Source: Alphaproteobacteria bacterium 32-64-14
GTDB lineage: Bacteria; Pseudomonadota; Alphaproteobacteria; Caulobacterales; Hyphomonadaceae
Direction: 5' to 3'
Assembly: GCA_002280725.1 (NCBI GenBank)
Contig: NCEM01000008.1
Coordinates: forward strand, 28,053 to 92,052
DNA length: 64,000 nt
Shown: one piece after another, positions 37,563 through 46,473 of the stretch
Position numbering within the stretch: the first letter of the stretch is position 1
Layout: each line of letters begins with the position of its first letter
Made by a program: the position numbers and the translations under genes
Notes under the pieces: generated by a model
Databases searched by the model: none
What the model was told of the DNA's origin: nothing
What the model saw: the letters and a program-made list of their open reading frames with translations, nothing else

Positions 37563-39470
37563 TCAGCTTCGCGCCAGCACCACCACCGAATCCGTCGGCA
37601 GATAGCGCCGCATCTCGTGGCGCGGAGGATTCACCACCACGCCGCCCAGCTTGCGGTTGGCGGCATCGACCGTGATCTTGTGGCCGAACGCCACCTCGCC
37701 CCGGCGCCGCGCCGCCTCGATCACCGTGTAGAAGCTCACCGGCTTGCCCGCCGCCACATAGTCCGTGATCGGCCGGACATAGACTTCCGACCCCTCCTCA
37801 TCCAGCAGGTCCGCGAAGATCGCCGAGATGTAGCGGTTCTCGGACGCCTGCGCGAGCATCAGGCTGACCAGCTGGTTCGAGACCACGAAATCGTCCGCGC
37901 GCGTCACTTCGGCCAGCGCGCGGTTGCGCGCATCCAGCATCTCGCTCACCACATTGATCGGCTTGCCTGCCGCCTCCGACAACTTGCGAAGCTGCAGCAA
38001 CGCCACCAGCGTGCGCGTATCGGCCGATTGCGCCGCCATGTTGTCTGTATAGCCCAGCACGATGACATGGTGGAACGAGGTCACATCCAGCGGCTTCAGC
38101 GTCGCCTCGCGCGTCGTGTCCTTCACCTGGTGCGTCACGGCGAGATTGTCGAACGCGCCCGTGATCTTCGCGACCTCGGCCTCGAACTGCGGCGCATCCG
38201 CCACGACCATCAGGCTCGATCCCGGCAAGGTGTAGCGTGACAGCTCGGACGCAATCGCCGGCCCGCGCCTGTTCCAGCCCAGCATGAGAATGCGCTTGGG
38301 CGCCGCCGCCGTCGGCTGGCTGTTGCAGATCACGCTCGCATCGATGTCCGCGCGCACACCGCTGCGAATGCGGATACCCTGCCTGTCCTGCGCCACCACG
38401 ACAGCCTTGTCGGTGTCGCTGATCAGCGTGTCCATCGGCGGGTTCAGCTGCACCTCATGCTCGCCCGCAAGGCCGATCAGCGCGCCCTCCTCGAATACGC
38501 CCAGCGCATCGCCGAACGTCAAGCCCGCCAGCCCCTCCACCTTGTGCGTATAGATCTCGTTACCCTCGAAGCTCAGCAGCTCCGCAAACACGCCGCTCAG
38601 GCCAGACTGCCGCGTCGACTGCACCAGGATGCGCGAGATCAGGTCGTCGGCCAGCACAAGCTGCACCTCGTCCCCGCCCACCGTGCGCGCCAGCTCGATA
38701 TTGTGCGCCTCGCGGATCTCCGCGACCACCTGCAGCCGGCTCGCGCCACGGTCGGGCGCATTGGTCACCGCAAGGATTGTCTTGATAACCTGCGCATCGG
38801 GATCATCGCCGTCCGGCGCCAGCACGATGATCGACTTCGCAGCGTTCGGATTCACGATGGCGAGGTCGTTGAGGTCGCACGGGTCCCCGCTGCGGCAGAT
38901 CACGTCGACGCCCTTGAGCCCCGGCGCCTTGGCCGCGATCTCGTCTTCCATCTCCACCTTGTCGCGCGTCGCGAGGATCACCACACGCGCCGCCTTCTGG
39001 CCTTCATTCGCCAGCGCCAGCTCCCCCAGGATGTCCACCAGCGAGGGCGACCAGTTGAGGATGATCGTGTGCCCCTGCTCCAGCACGCGCGAACGTCCCT
39101 TGCGCAGCTCGGCGATCTTCGCCTCAAGCCCTGAACTGAGAACGCCGATCAGCGCCGAGAAGATGAAGATGCCCGCAATCGTCACCACCAGCATCACGAT
39201 CCGGTACGGCCAGCCATTGTCGCCGCCGACCGTGCCCGAATCGAGCGTCCGCATCAGCGATTCCCAGCCGGTCTCGATAAAGCCGTGCTGCTCGCCGCCT
39301 TCAGGCGCGATGCCGGCGATCACGATGAACGCACTCGCGATGATGATGATCACCAGCGACAGCGCCGCCAACCAGCCGATCAGCGCAATCGTCCCCGCCG
39401 ACATGCTCTTGTCGAACAGGTAGCGCCCACGCTCCTGCCAGCTCGGCTTCTGCCGCTCGTCCTGGTCCAT
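37563..39470 (-). CDS. CASTOR/POLLUX-related ion channel with tandem RCK-like domains
   Basis: Two TM helices flank a pore segment WESLMRTLDSGTVGGDNGWP (compare the plant CASTOR WLSWTFVADSGNHAD). A large cytoplasmic region has two NAD-binding-like RCK lobes (HTIILNWSP..., RILMLGWNRRG...). ATG 39470 (MDQDERQK). Confidence 0.75.
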   Translation of the reverse strand: MDQDERQKPSWQERGRYLFDKSMSAGTIALIGWLAALSLVIIIIASAFIVIAGIAPEGGEQHGFIETGWESLMRTLDSGTVGGDNGWPYRIVMLVVTIAGIFIFSALIGVLSSGLEAKIAELRKGRSRVLEQGHTIILNWSPSLVDILGELALANEGQKAARVVILATRDKVEMEDEIAAKAPGLKGVDVICRSGDPCDLNDLAIVNPNAAKSIIVLAPDGDDPDAQVIKTILAVTNAPDRGASRLQVVAEIREAHNIELARTVGGDEVQLVLADDLISRILVQSTRQSGLSGVFAELLSFEGNEIYTHKVEGLAGLTFGDALGVFEEGALIGLAGEHEVQLNPPMDTLISDTDKAVVVAQDRQGIRIRSGVRADIDASVICNSQPTAAAPKRILMLGWNRRGPAIASELSRYTLPGSSLMVVADAPQFEAEVAKITGAFDNLAVTHQVKDTTREATLKPLDVTSFHHVIVLGYTDNMAAQSADTRTLVALLQLRKLSEAAGKPINVVSEMLDARNRALAEVTRADDFVVSNQLVSLMLAQASENRYISAIFADLLDEEGSEVYVRPITDYVAAGKPVSFYTVIEAARRRGEVAFGHKITVDAANRKLGGVVVNPPRHEMRRYLPTDSVVVLARS

Positions 39471-39588
39471 GTCCGTGATTCCCGACAGCTCGCCGCGACT
39501 GTCGCCACAGCCCCCGCCACAGCGCAAGCAGCCTCTCGCAGCACGCGCGGAGCCGCTTCAGGGCTGAACGGGGAAAGTGCGCTGGCGG

Positions 39589-40023
39589 TTAGTCCAGCTT
39601 GCCGAACGTGCCGACGACCTTGTCGAACAGCTTCATCGCGACTTCCGGCCTGCGCGCGATCAGCAGGCCAAGGCTCGACAGCACCACGATGGAGGCGATC
39701 GGCTTTTCGCTGATGATCTTCTTCGTCACCTCGACCGGCAATTCCATGAGGCCGAGCACCAGGGCGACCGGGTCCATGTCGCCCATCAGGTTTTCAGGCT
39801 GCGGCTCGGGTTTCTTCTTGGCGGTGCCGACCCATAGCGCAATCGCGGCGATGGCCAGCAGCCCAACGCCCACGACGGCCAGCGCCGCAGGCCACGCCAT
39901 CCACTCCGCCAGCTGCCACGCAGCCGCCACCGTCAACGCCGCAAGGCCGGCAAGCGCGAGCATCACGCCCACGACTGCGGCGATGGCGAGATCCTTGGCG
40001 CGGTCGAAGAAGGTGTCGAACAC
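39589..40023 (-). CDS. YqjE-like inner-membrane protein ('phage holin family' / DUF1469-type)
   Basis: 144 aa with two central TM helices. Sits immediately downstream of a DUF883 gene, as in the E. coli yqjD-yqjE pair. GTG start. Confidence 0.5.
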   Translation of the reverse strand: MFDTFFDRAKDLAIAAVVGVMLALAGLAALTVAAAWQLAEWMAWPAALAVVGVGLLAIAAIALWVGTAKKKPEPQPENLMGDMDPVALVLGLMELPVEVTKKIISEKPIASIVVLSSLGLLIARRPEVAMKLFDKVVGTFGKLD

Positions 40024-40046
40024 GTGCAGCCCCCGGGCTTCCGCCG

Positions 40047-40349
40047 CTATTTGCGGCTGGAGAGCGAGGCGAAGATGTAGCCGGCGGCCAGCGCGATACC
40101 GATCGCGGCGAACGGATGCTCGCGCACCTTGTCGCCAACCGCATCGCGGAACTCGACGGCCTTGTCGCCAGCGTCACCGGCGAATTCCTTGGCGCGCGCA
40201 GCCGCTGCCTTGGCCTGGCCCGAAGCAAGGCTGCCCGTGTCCTTCAGCAGCGTCGCGAGGTCCTCGCGCAGCGCCTTCATGTCGGCCTTCAGTGTGTCGA
40301 GGTCGGCCTTAGAGCCTGGCGTTCCGCCGGCGCTTGTGGGTGACGACAT
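40047..40349 (-). CDS. DUF883 (ElaB/YqjD/YgaM) tail-anchored stress protein
   Basis: 100 aa: coiled-coil (DLDTLKADMKALREDLATLLKD) plus the C-terminal anchor HPFAAIGIALAAGYIFASLSSRK typical of the family. Confidence 0.75.
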   Translation of the reverse strand: MSSPTSAGGTPGSKADLDTLKADMKALREDLATLLKDTGSLASGQAKAAAARAKEFAGDAGDKAVEFRDAVGDKVREHPFAAIGIALAAGYIFASLSSRK

Positions 40350-40502
40350 GGGTTACTCCCGGTGCGAGCTGTGAAGCAGACTATACGTGCTGGCTTCATA
40401 TAGGGTTTCATCCGTCCACGAATATGGCGGACAGCGTTAATCCCTGAAAACCATGCACGATGAGGGCCGCGAAGGCCCTTCTCGCAACAGGCGACTGCCA
40501 GG

Positions 40503-41454
40503 CTACTCTGCAGCAACCCGCTTCTGCGCCTTGTCGAACTGGCCCCATACGCCCTCGGCGCCGTGCCATTCGCCGCCAGTCGCGCCCTTGGAGTATTCCG
40601 TCGCGCGCTGTTCGAAGAAGTTGGCGTGCTCGACCCCGTTAAGGATTTCCGACAGCCACGGGATCGGGTGCTCCTTCACGCCATAGATCGCCGGCAGCTT
40701 GAGCTGGCCCAGGCGCCAGTCTGCGATGTACCGGATGTAGTTCTTGATGTCCTGCGCGGTCATCCCCTGCACCGGGCCCATCGAGAAGGCCAGGTCGATG
40801 AAGGCGTCCTCCATCCGCACCACGGTGCGGCAGCACTCGATGATGTCGTTCTTCACCTCGTCCGTAAGCGCACCGGTTTCCGCCGCCAGCGTGTGGAACA
40901 CGCGGATCATGCCCTCGCAGTGCAGCGACTCATCCCGCACCGACCACGACACGATCTGGCCCATGCCCTTCATCTTGTTCATGCGCGGGAAGTTCATCAG
41001 CATCGCGAACGAGGCAAACAGCTGCAGGCCCTCGGTGAACGCGCCGAACATCGCGACGGTGCGCAGGATGTCCGCATCCGTCTCGACGCCGAACTTCTGC
41101 ATGTAGTCGTGCTTGTCCTTCATCTCCTTGTACTGGGTGAAGGCCGAGAACTCTGAAAACGCGGCTGTAGCGCTCCATGTAGTTGTCGTTCACTTCCACG
41201 TCCGACTGCGTGAAGAAGCGGAAGATCTGCGTCAGCAGCGCGCGCTCGGAATCGTTCAGATTGGCTGCCCAATCCTTCACGTCCTCACCGAGCGGAACTT
41301 CCTCCGGCATCCAGTGGATCTGCTGCTGGCGCTTCCAGAAGTCGTAGGCCCACGGATAGCGGAACGGCTTGTAGGAGTGCGACGGCGTCAGGATGCCCGC
41401 GCGCGCGGCGCTCGCTTCATCTGATTTCACGGGGGTTTTGGCGTCGTCAGCCAT
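40503..41454 (-). pseudogene. nrdB: Class I ribonucleotide reductase beta subunit (R2), disrupted by internal deletion plus frameshift
   Basis: Two ORF fragments lie in different frames. 41454->41155 encodes ...FRYPWAYDFWKRQQQIHWMPEEVPLGEDV...FRFFTQSDVEVNDNYMERYSRVF. From about 41153 a different frame encodes EFSAFTQYKEMKDKHDYMQKF...FTEGLQLFASF...RDESLHCEG...NFFEQRATEYSK. The span is 952 nt, not a multiple of 3. The expected helix with the first ExxH and the radical Tyr is not encoded in any frame. Confidence 0.8.
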
Positions 41455-41487
41455 GAGAATCTCCAGCCATCCCAGCAGTACGGCCGC

Positions 41488-41533
41488 GCACCATATCTAG
41501 GAGCTTTGGCCAGTCGCAACCACTATATCTTGA
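41488..41533 (-). promoter_or_regulatory. Two candidate NrdR boxes upstream of nrdB
   Basis: Plus-strand GCACCATATCTAGGAG (41488-41503) and AACCACTATATCTTGA (41518-41533), centres 30 bp apart. Both resemble the NrdR consensus acaCwAtATaTwgtgt. They lie 34-80 nt upstream of the nrdB ATG. Confidence 0.5.
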
Positions 41534-41693
41534 TGACCAAGGTTAATTATTCCTTGCATCATCACCCAGTAGGCGAGTCTCACACAATCCGTCCCGCTGG
41601 CCAGAGCGCGCGCCAGCAGCATCCACAACGAATTGGTCGCGGGGCGGGTGCATGATCAGGCCAGAAGCCCGCGCCGCCAGCCACACCAACAGC

Positions 41694-41812
41694 GTCATCC
41701 TCGGGTAAGCGAAGCGCATCCCGGGGATCCCGGTTATTGGCCGCCATGGGAAAAGCGACGAATCCCGTTGCCGCTTCCAACCGGGATTCTCGGCACAAGG
41801 CCGAGAATGACC
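41694..41812. repeat. MITE-like repeat, family B copy 1 (119 bp)
   Basis: GTCATCCTCGGGTAAGCGAAGCGCATCCCGGGGATC ... CCAACCGGGATTCTCGGCACAAGGCCGAGAATGACC. The ends are nearly identical to the copy at 46474-46592 and are mutually inverted (GTCATCCTCGGG / CCGAGAATGAC). Confidence 0.7.
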
Positions 41813-41889
41813 ACGCCTGCGCCATCATCCCCAAACGCAAACGGGCCGCCCAAGGGCGGCCCGCGAAAACTCCCGAAAAACCGATCCGC

Positions 41890-42642
41890 CTAGTGGCGCA
41901 GCGTGAAGCTGAAGGCCGCAAACTGCTCGCGTATCTTGACGTCGTGGTCGCCGGCGATGTCGTTGTAGCGCAGCTTCCGCTCAACCAGTCCGAACGACAT
42001 CTGCGAGTTGTCGCCCGTGGAGAACGCGATGCCGACCTGGAGGTCGCCCACCGTCGCCTGATCGCGCAGGCTGGCGCCGTCCATGGCGCGGTTGTCAGCC
42101 ACGTTCCAGACCAGCGCCTCGTTGTCGGCGCCGACGAAGAAATACCAAGAGGGGGCCATCGCCCCTTTGCCACGCAGATCGCGATCGACCAGGTTCGTAC
42201 CGACGCGGAATTCCGCGCCCGCGCTGGCCACGTTGCTGCCGGCGCGGTTGCGCTGGATCTGGGCGCGGGGCGTGAATGACATGTCGAGGCCAAGGCCGGT
42301 CGACTCACTCGAAGCCGCGAAGGAGATTTCACCGCCGAACCGTTCGCCCTTGAGCGTCCGGACGGGCATCGGCGTTGCGAGGTCCAGCGCCTCGAACCGG
42401 GCCGAAGCAAGCGGGCTGGCAAGGCGCGAGGGCCCGAACTGGCTGCCGACGCTGAGCGGCAGGCCGAAATCCTGTTCGGTCGGGTTGGCGAGGATGATCT
42501 CGCGCGGCGGATCGCCGGTCTGAAAGGATTGAGGACCATTAACCGGTCCGACGGACAGCACGATGGCTTCCGGATCGGCCGGTGGCGTCGCGCACGTGAG
42601 GCACGAAGCGAAGACGAAGCTACCTGCTAGACTGGCAATCAT
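41890..42642 (-). CDS. Outer-membrane beta-barrel protein, possibly LpxR/DUF2219-like
   Basis: Signal-like N-terminus MIASLAGSFVFASC, alternating beta-strand pattern and an aromatic C-terminal strand (QFAAFSFTLRH). The segment SWYFFVGADNEALVWNV...DG resembles DUF2219 text. The family call is tentative. Confidence 0.5.
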   Translation of the reverse strand: MIASLAGSFVFASCLTCATPPADPEAIVLSVGPVNGPQSFQTGDPPREIILANPTEQDFGLPLSVGSQFGPSRLASPLASARFEALDLATPMPVRTLKGERFGGEISFAASSESTGLGLDMSFTPRAQIQRNRAGSNVASAGAEFRVGTNLVDRDLRGKGAMAPSWYFFVGADNEALVWNVADNRAMDGASLRDQATVGDLQVGIAFSTGDNSQMSFGLVERKLRYNDIAGDHDVKIREQFAAFSFTLRH

Positions 42643-42826
42643 TTTAACTGCTCGTCCCAGACATGAACAACCCGAAGGCTGATCCCACCAAATTACCAAA
42701 ACCATAACGGAGTTGGTGAAATTGTGTTCCCGCCTCGGGCCCCAGGCCCGCTAAATCTTTAACGAGCCTAGTCCAAAAGGCCTCTGCGAACAACTATTCG
42801 CCCTCAGCCCCACCCCCCATAAGCAA

Positions 42827-42850
42827 GAAGGCGGCCCGGAGGCCGCCTTC
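42827..42850 (-). terminator. Hairpin after nrdA
   Basis: GAAGGCGGCC-cgga-GGCCGCCTTC lies 32 nt downstream of the nrdA stop. The T-tail on the minus strand is weak (TTGCTT). Confidence 0.4.
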
Positions 42851-42881
42851 GCGTATTGGTCGCTGAATCCACTCGTGATTT

Positions 42882-44741
42882 CTACTGGCAGGCGAGGCAC
42901 TCGTCGTAGTCGGTGCGCCCTCTGCCCATGTCCATTTCGACTTTTTCCCGATCCGAGCCAGCAAAGCCCGCGCGCTGGATCGATTTCGACCGGCAATAGT
43001 AAAGCGACTTGAGGCCCTTCTCCCACGCCGTCCAGTGCAGCATGTGGAGATCCCACTTATCGATGTCGGCCGGCAGGAACAGGTTAAGCGACTGGCCCTG
43101 GCAGATGTAGGGGGTGCGGTCAGCCGCCAGTTCGATGATCCAGCGCTGGTCGATCTCGAAGGCGGTGCGGAACACCAGCTTCTCCTGCCCGGTCAGGCAA
43201 TCCAGGTGCTGCACCGAACCCTCGTTCTCGAGGATCGAGGCCCAGATGCCCGGCGTGTTGTTGCCGGTTTTCTCCAGCACCTGCTCGAGGAAGGGGTTCT
43301 TCACCGAGAATGAGCCCGACAGGGTCTTGTGCGTGTAGATGTTGGCCGGGATCGGCTCGATGCCCGCCGACGTGCCGCCGCAGATGATCGAGATCGACGC
43401 CGTCGGCGCGATCGCCAGCTTGTGGCTGAAGCGCGCCATCACGCCCATGTCTTCCGCATCCGGGCAGGCGCCCCGCTCTTTCGCCAGCTTCACCGAAGCC
43501 GCATCCGCGCCACGGCGCAGGTGCTTGAACATCACATTGTTCCACGACTTGGCCGTGGACGATTCCATCGCAACGCCCTGGCTCTGCAGGAACGAGTGGA
43601 AGCCCATCAGACCAAGGCCAACCGAGCGCTCGCGCTTGGCCGAATAGACCGCGCGGTGCATTTCCGGCGGCGCACGCTTGATGAAGTCTTCCAGCACGTT
43701 GTCGAGGAAGCGGAAGATGTCATCGAGGAAATTCTCGTTGCTCTTCCACTCGAGGAACTTCTCGGCGTTGACCGACGAGAGGCAGCAGACTGCCGTACGG
43801 TCAACGCCGAGATGGTCCGGGCCCGTGTGCAGCATGATTTCCGAGCATAGGTTCGACTGGCGGACCTTGAAGCCCAGCTGTTTCTGGTGCGCCGGCATCG
43901 CGTTGTTGGTGGTGTCGGTGAACAGCAGGTAGGGCTCGCCCGTCGCCATCCGCAGCTCGAGGATCTTCTGCCACAGCTTGCGGGCGGAGATCTCTTTCAT
44001 CACTTCACCGGTCTTCGGCGACTTCAGTTGGAACGGCGCGTCCTGGCGCACGGCTTCCATGAACTCGTCGGTGATGTTGATGCCGTGGTGCAGGTTCAGC
44101 GACTTGCGGTTGAAGTCGCCGGCCGCCTTGCGGATTTCGAGGAACTCCTCGATCTCCGGGTGGAACACGTCGAGATAGCAGGCCGCCGAGCCGCGGCGCA
44201 GCGAGCCCTGCGAAATCGCCAGCGTCAGCGAATCCATCACGCGGATGAAGGGGATGATGCCCGACGTCTGCCCGTTCTGGCCGACCTTCTCGCCGATCGA
44301 GCGGACTTCGCCCCAATAGGTGCCGATGCCGCCGCCGTTCGAGGCAAGCCACACGTTCTCGTTCCAGGTCTCGACGATGCCGTCCAGCGAGTCGGAGACG
44401 CCATTCAGGAAGCACGAGATCGGCAGGCCGCGATCGGCCCCGCCGTTCGACAGCACAGGCGTCGCCGGCATGAACCAGAGGCGCGAGATGTAGTCGTAAA
44501 TCCGTTGCGCATGTACGACATCATCCGAGTACGCCAGAGCGACTCGGGCAAACATGTCCTGGTACGACTCACCCGGCAGGACGTAGCGGTCATCCAGCGT
44601 CTTCTTGCCGAAATCGGTCAGGAGGGCGTCACGCGAGGGGTCGGTCTTCACGCCCTCGACGACCCGCAGACCGCTCTGCGCCTTGGGCTTCCCACGGCGG
44701 GCGGCGGTCTTGTCTTCGGTGAGAACGGCTTCTGCGGACAT
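42882..44741 (-). CDS. nrdA: Class I ribonucleoside-diphosphate reductase alpha subunit (short form without ATP-cone)
   Basis: 619 aa with catalytic-site text (LPISCFLNGVSDS, NLCSEIML, CCLSSVN) and the C-terminal redox Cys pair (DYDECLACQ). Confidence 0.9.
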   Translation of the reverse strand: MSAEAVLTEDKTAARRGKPKAQSGLRVVEGVKTDPSRDALLTDFGKKTLDDRYVLPGESYQDMFARVALAYSDDVVHAQRIYDYISRLWFMPATPVLSNGGADRGLPISCFLNGVSDSLDGIVETWNENVWLASNGGGIGTYWGEVRSIGEKVGQNGQTSGIIPFIRVMDSLTLAISQGSLRRGSAACYLDVFHPEIEEFLEIRKAAGDFNRKSLNLHHGINITDEFMEAVRQDAPFQLKSPKTGEVMKEISARKLWQKILELRMATGEPYLLFTDTTNNAMPAHQKQLGFKVRQSNLCSEIMLHTGPDHLGVDRTAVCCLSSVNAEKFLEWKSNENFLDDIFRFLDNVLEDFIKRAPPEMHRAVYSAKRERSVGLGLMGFHSFLQSQGVAMESSTAKSWNNVMFKHLRRGADAASVKLAKERGACPDAEDMGVMARFSHKLAIAPTASISIICGGTSAGIEPIPANIYTHKTLSGSFSVKNPFLEQVLEKTGNNTPGIWASILENEGSVQHLDCLTGQEKLVFRTAFEIDQRWIIELAADRTPYICQGQSLNLFLPADIDKWDLHMLHWTAWEKGLKSLYYCRSKSIQRAGFAGSDREKVEMDMGRGRTDYDECLACQ

Positions 44742-44795
44742 CGAAATCTCTCGTAAGAGGCCAAAATTCGTTAATTCCGGCCAGAACCGGCGAAA

Positions 44796-44843
44796 CCCAA
44801 TGGATTGGTATCCGGCGCCAGCCCCGACGCTAGATATAGTGTC
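44796..44843 (-). promoter_or_regulatory. Candidate NrdR box pair upstream of nrdA
   Basis: CGCTAGATATAGTGTC (44828-44843) is a good match to the NrdR box. A weaker partner ACCCAATGGATTGGTA (44796-44811) lies 32 bp away centre to centre. Both are 55-100 nt upstream of the nrdA ATG. Confidence 0.45.
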
Positions 44844-45090
44844 ACCCCATCCCTAATGGACCGTCAACGGCCCGGCGCGGGGAATCTTTTCGCTTATCCA
44901 CGGAAGAGAAATTAGGGGATTTAGAGCTCGTTAACCATTGACGTTTGATACGCCAACCCGGCGGCCGACTCGGGGCCCAGACCCGGAAGTCCCGGGCGGG
45001 ACGTCATTTTCCGGTCTTGCCTGGTCCACCGTCAGCCTTGCCGCCCACGTCGCGAGCGGGCTAGCTGACCGCGCAATCGCGGAGGGCGGC

Positions 45091-46434
45091 ATGACCATCA
45101 AACGGACAATTGGCAAACGCATCGGCCTTATCAGCGCCCTCGCCCTGCTCGCGGCCTGCGCCAGCGTGCCCGCCCTGCTCGCCACGGCGCAACAGACGCC
45201 TGCCGCCGCATCCGACACCTACATCCATGCCGGCCGCCTGCTTGCCGATCCGGCGAGCGGCCGTGTGCTCACCCAGCAGACCATCCTCGTGCGCGATGGC
45301 AAGATCGTCTCGATCACCGCCGGTTACACCTCCGCCCCCCGCGGCGCGAAGGTCGTCGATCTCAAATCGGGCTTCGTGCTCCCCGGCCTCATCGACAGCC
45401 ACGTCCACATCACCAGCGAGCAAGGCCCTGACGCGCGTCTCAACCAGTTCATGATGACAAGCTCCGACGGCGCCATCGCCGGCGCGGGCTATGCGCTGAA
45501 GACGCTGCAGGCCGGCTTCACGACGGTCGCCGACCTCGGCGCCGATGCCGAAGCCATCCTCGCCCTGCGCAACGGCGTCGCGAAAGGCATCATTCCCGGC
45601 CCGCGTATCATCACCTCGGCAGGCGCGATCAGCGTCCACGGCGGCCATGGCGACGCCAACGGCATCCCGCACGACATGGCGATGTTGCTGCGCGGCCCCG
45701 GCGTCTGCTCCGGCGCGGATGATTGCGCCCGCGCCACCCGCGAGCGCGTGCGCGATGGCGCCGACCTGATCAAGATCACCGCCACCGGCGGCGTTCTGTC
45801 CAACACAGCAGCCGGCCTCGGCCAACAATTCACCGACGACGAACTGAAATCGATCGTGCAGGCCGCCCACGCGATGGGCCGCCGCGTGACCGCGCACGCC
45901 CACGGCGCCGATGGCATCAACTCTTTCCTGCGCGCAGGCGGTGACTCCATCGAGCACGGCACCTACGCCAACGAAGAGTCCGCCCAGCTGTTCAAGGCCA
46001 ACGGCGCGTACCTGATCCCCACACTTCTCGCCGGCGATTTCGTCGCGCGCGAAGCGGCCAAGCCCGACACCTTCCTCCAGCCCGCACAAAAGGCAAAAGC
46101 CCTCGAAGCCGGCCCGAAGATGCAGGACATGCTGCGCCGCATGCACGCGGCCGGCGTCAAGATCGCCTTCGGCACCGACACCGGCGTTTCCGCCCATGGC
46201 GACAACGCGCAGGAGTTCGCCCTCATGGTCGGCGCCGGCATGACGCCGCTGCAGACCATCCAGGCCGCCACCGTCAACGCCGCCGGCCATTTCAGCCTGA
46301 CCGCTGAAATCGGCTCCATCGCGGCTGGCAAGACCGCCGACATCATCGCGGTAGGCGGTGATCCGCTCACCAACGTGCGCGAACTGGAGTCAGTCGACTT
46401 CGTGATGGCCAAGGGCAAGGTCTACAAGCAGTAG
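45091..46434 (+). CDS. Amidohydrolase-family metal-dependent hydrolase, lipoprotein
   Basis: GGAGGG precedes ATG 45091. Lipobox LLAAC. HxH motif (LIDSHVHI) and later His/Asp ligands (AHAHG, FGTDTG). Confidence 0.8.
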   Translation: MTIKRTIGKRIGLISALALLAACASVPALLATAQQTPAAASDTYIHAGRLLADPASGRVLTQQTILVRDGKIVSITAGYTSAPRGAKVVDLKSGFVLPGLIDSHVHITSEQGPDARLNQFMMTSSDGAIAGAGYALKTLQAGFTTVADLGADAEAILALRNGVAKGIIPGPRIITSAGAISVHGGHGDANGIPHDMAMLLRGPGVCSGADDCARATRERVRDGADLIKITATGGVLSNTAAGLGQQFTDDELKSIVQAAHAMGRRVTAHAHGADGINSFLRAGGDSIEHGTYANEESAQLFKANGAYLIPTLLAGDFVAREAAKPDTFLQPAQKAKALEAGPKMQDMLRRMHAAGVKIAFGTDTGVSAHGDNAQEFALMVGAGMTPLQTIQAATVNAAGHFSLTAEIGSIAAGKTADIIAVGGDPLTNVRELESVDFVMAKGKVYKQ

Positions 46435-46473
46435 GACGAGCCACCCTCTCCCCTGCGCAACCACACCACCGGT

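Noticed and set aside
33555-38240. Very long ORFs 33555..35717 (-, 720 aa) and 36126..38240 (+, 704 aa). Similar ones occur at 56473..58155 (-, 560 aa), 61144..63072 (+, 642 aa) and 26357..27550 (+, 397 aa).
   Set aside because: All overlap, out of frame or antisense, genes with clear family signatures (MFS, amn, channel, serine hydrolase, murB, cpaF). They have Arg/Gly/His/Ala-dominated low-complexity composition, so they are GC-driven open frames and not genes.
6705-40023. Prophage or lysis cassette suggested by a RusA-like gene (6705-7091) and a 'phage holin family' type protein (39589-40023).
   Set aside because: The two genes are 32 kb apart, and no integrase, terminase, capsid, tail, endolysin or att-like repeats are present. 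The holin-family label fits the chromosomal yqjD-yqjE-type stress pair better.
41100-41200. Programmed ribosomal frameshift as an explanation for the two nrdB frames.
   Set aside because: Even with a frameshift, the ~35-aa segment bearing the ExxH ligands and radical Tyr is not encoded anywhere. No slippery heptamer or downstream structure is evident at the junction.
44742-44935. Possible cobalamin riboswitch or other structured leader upstream of nrdA.
   Set aside because: No B12-box-like core (GCCACTG) or conserved riboswitch stems are visible on the coding strand. The only recognisable elements are NrdR-box-like palindromes.
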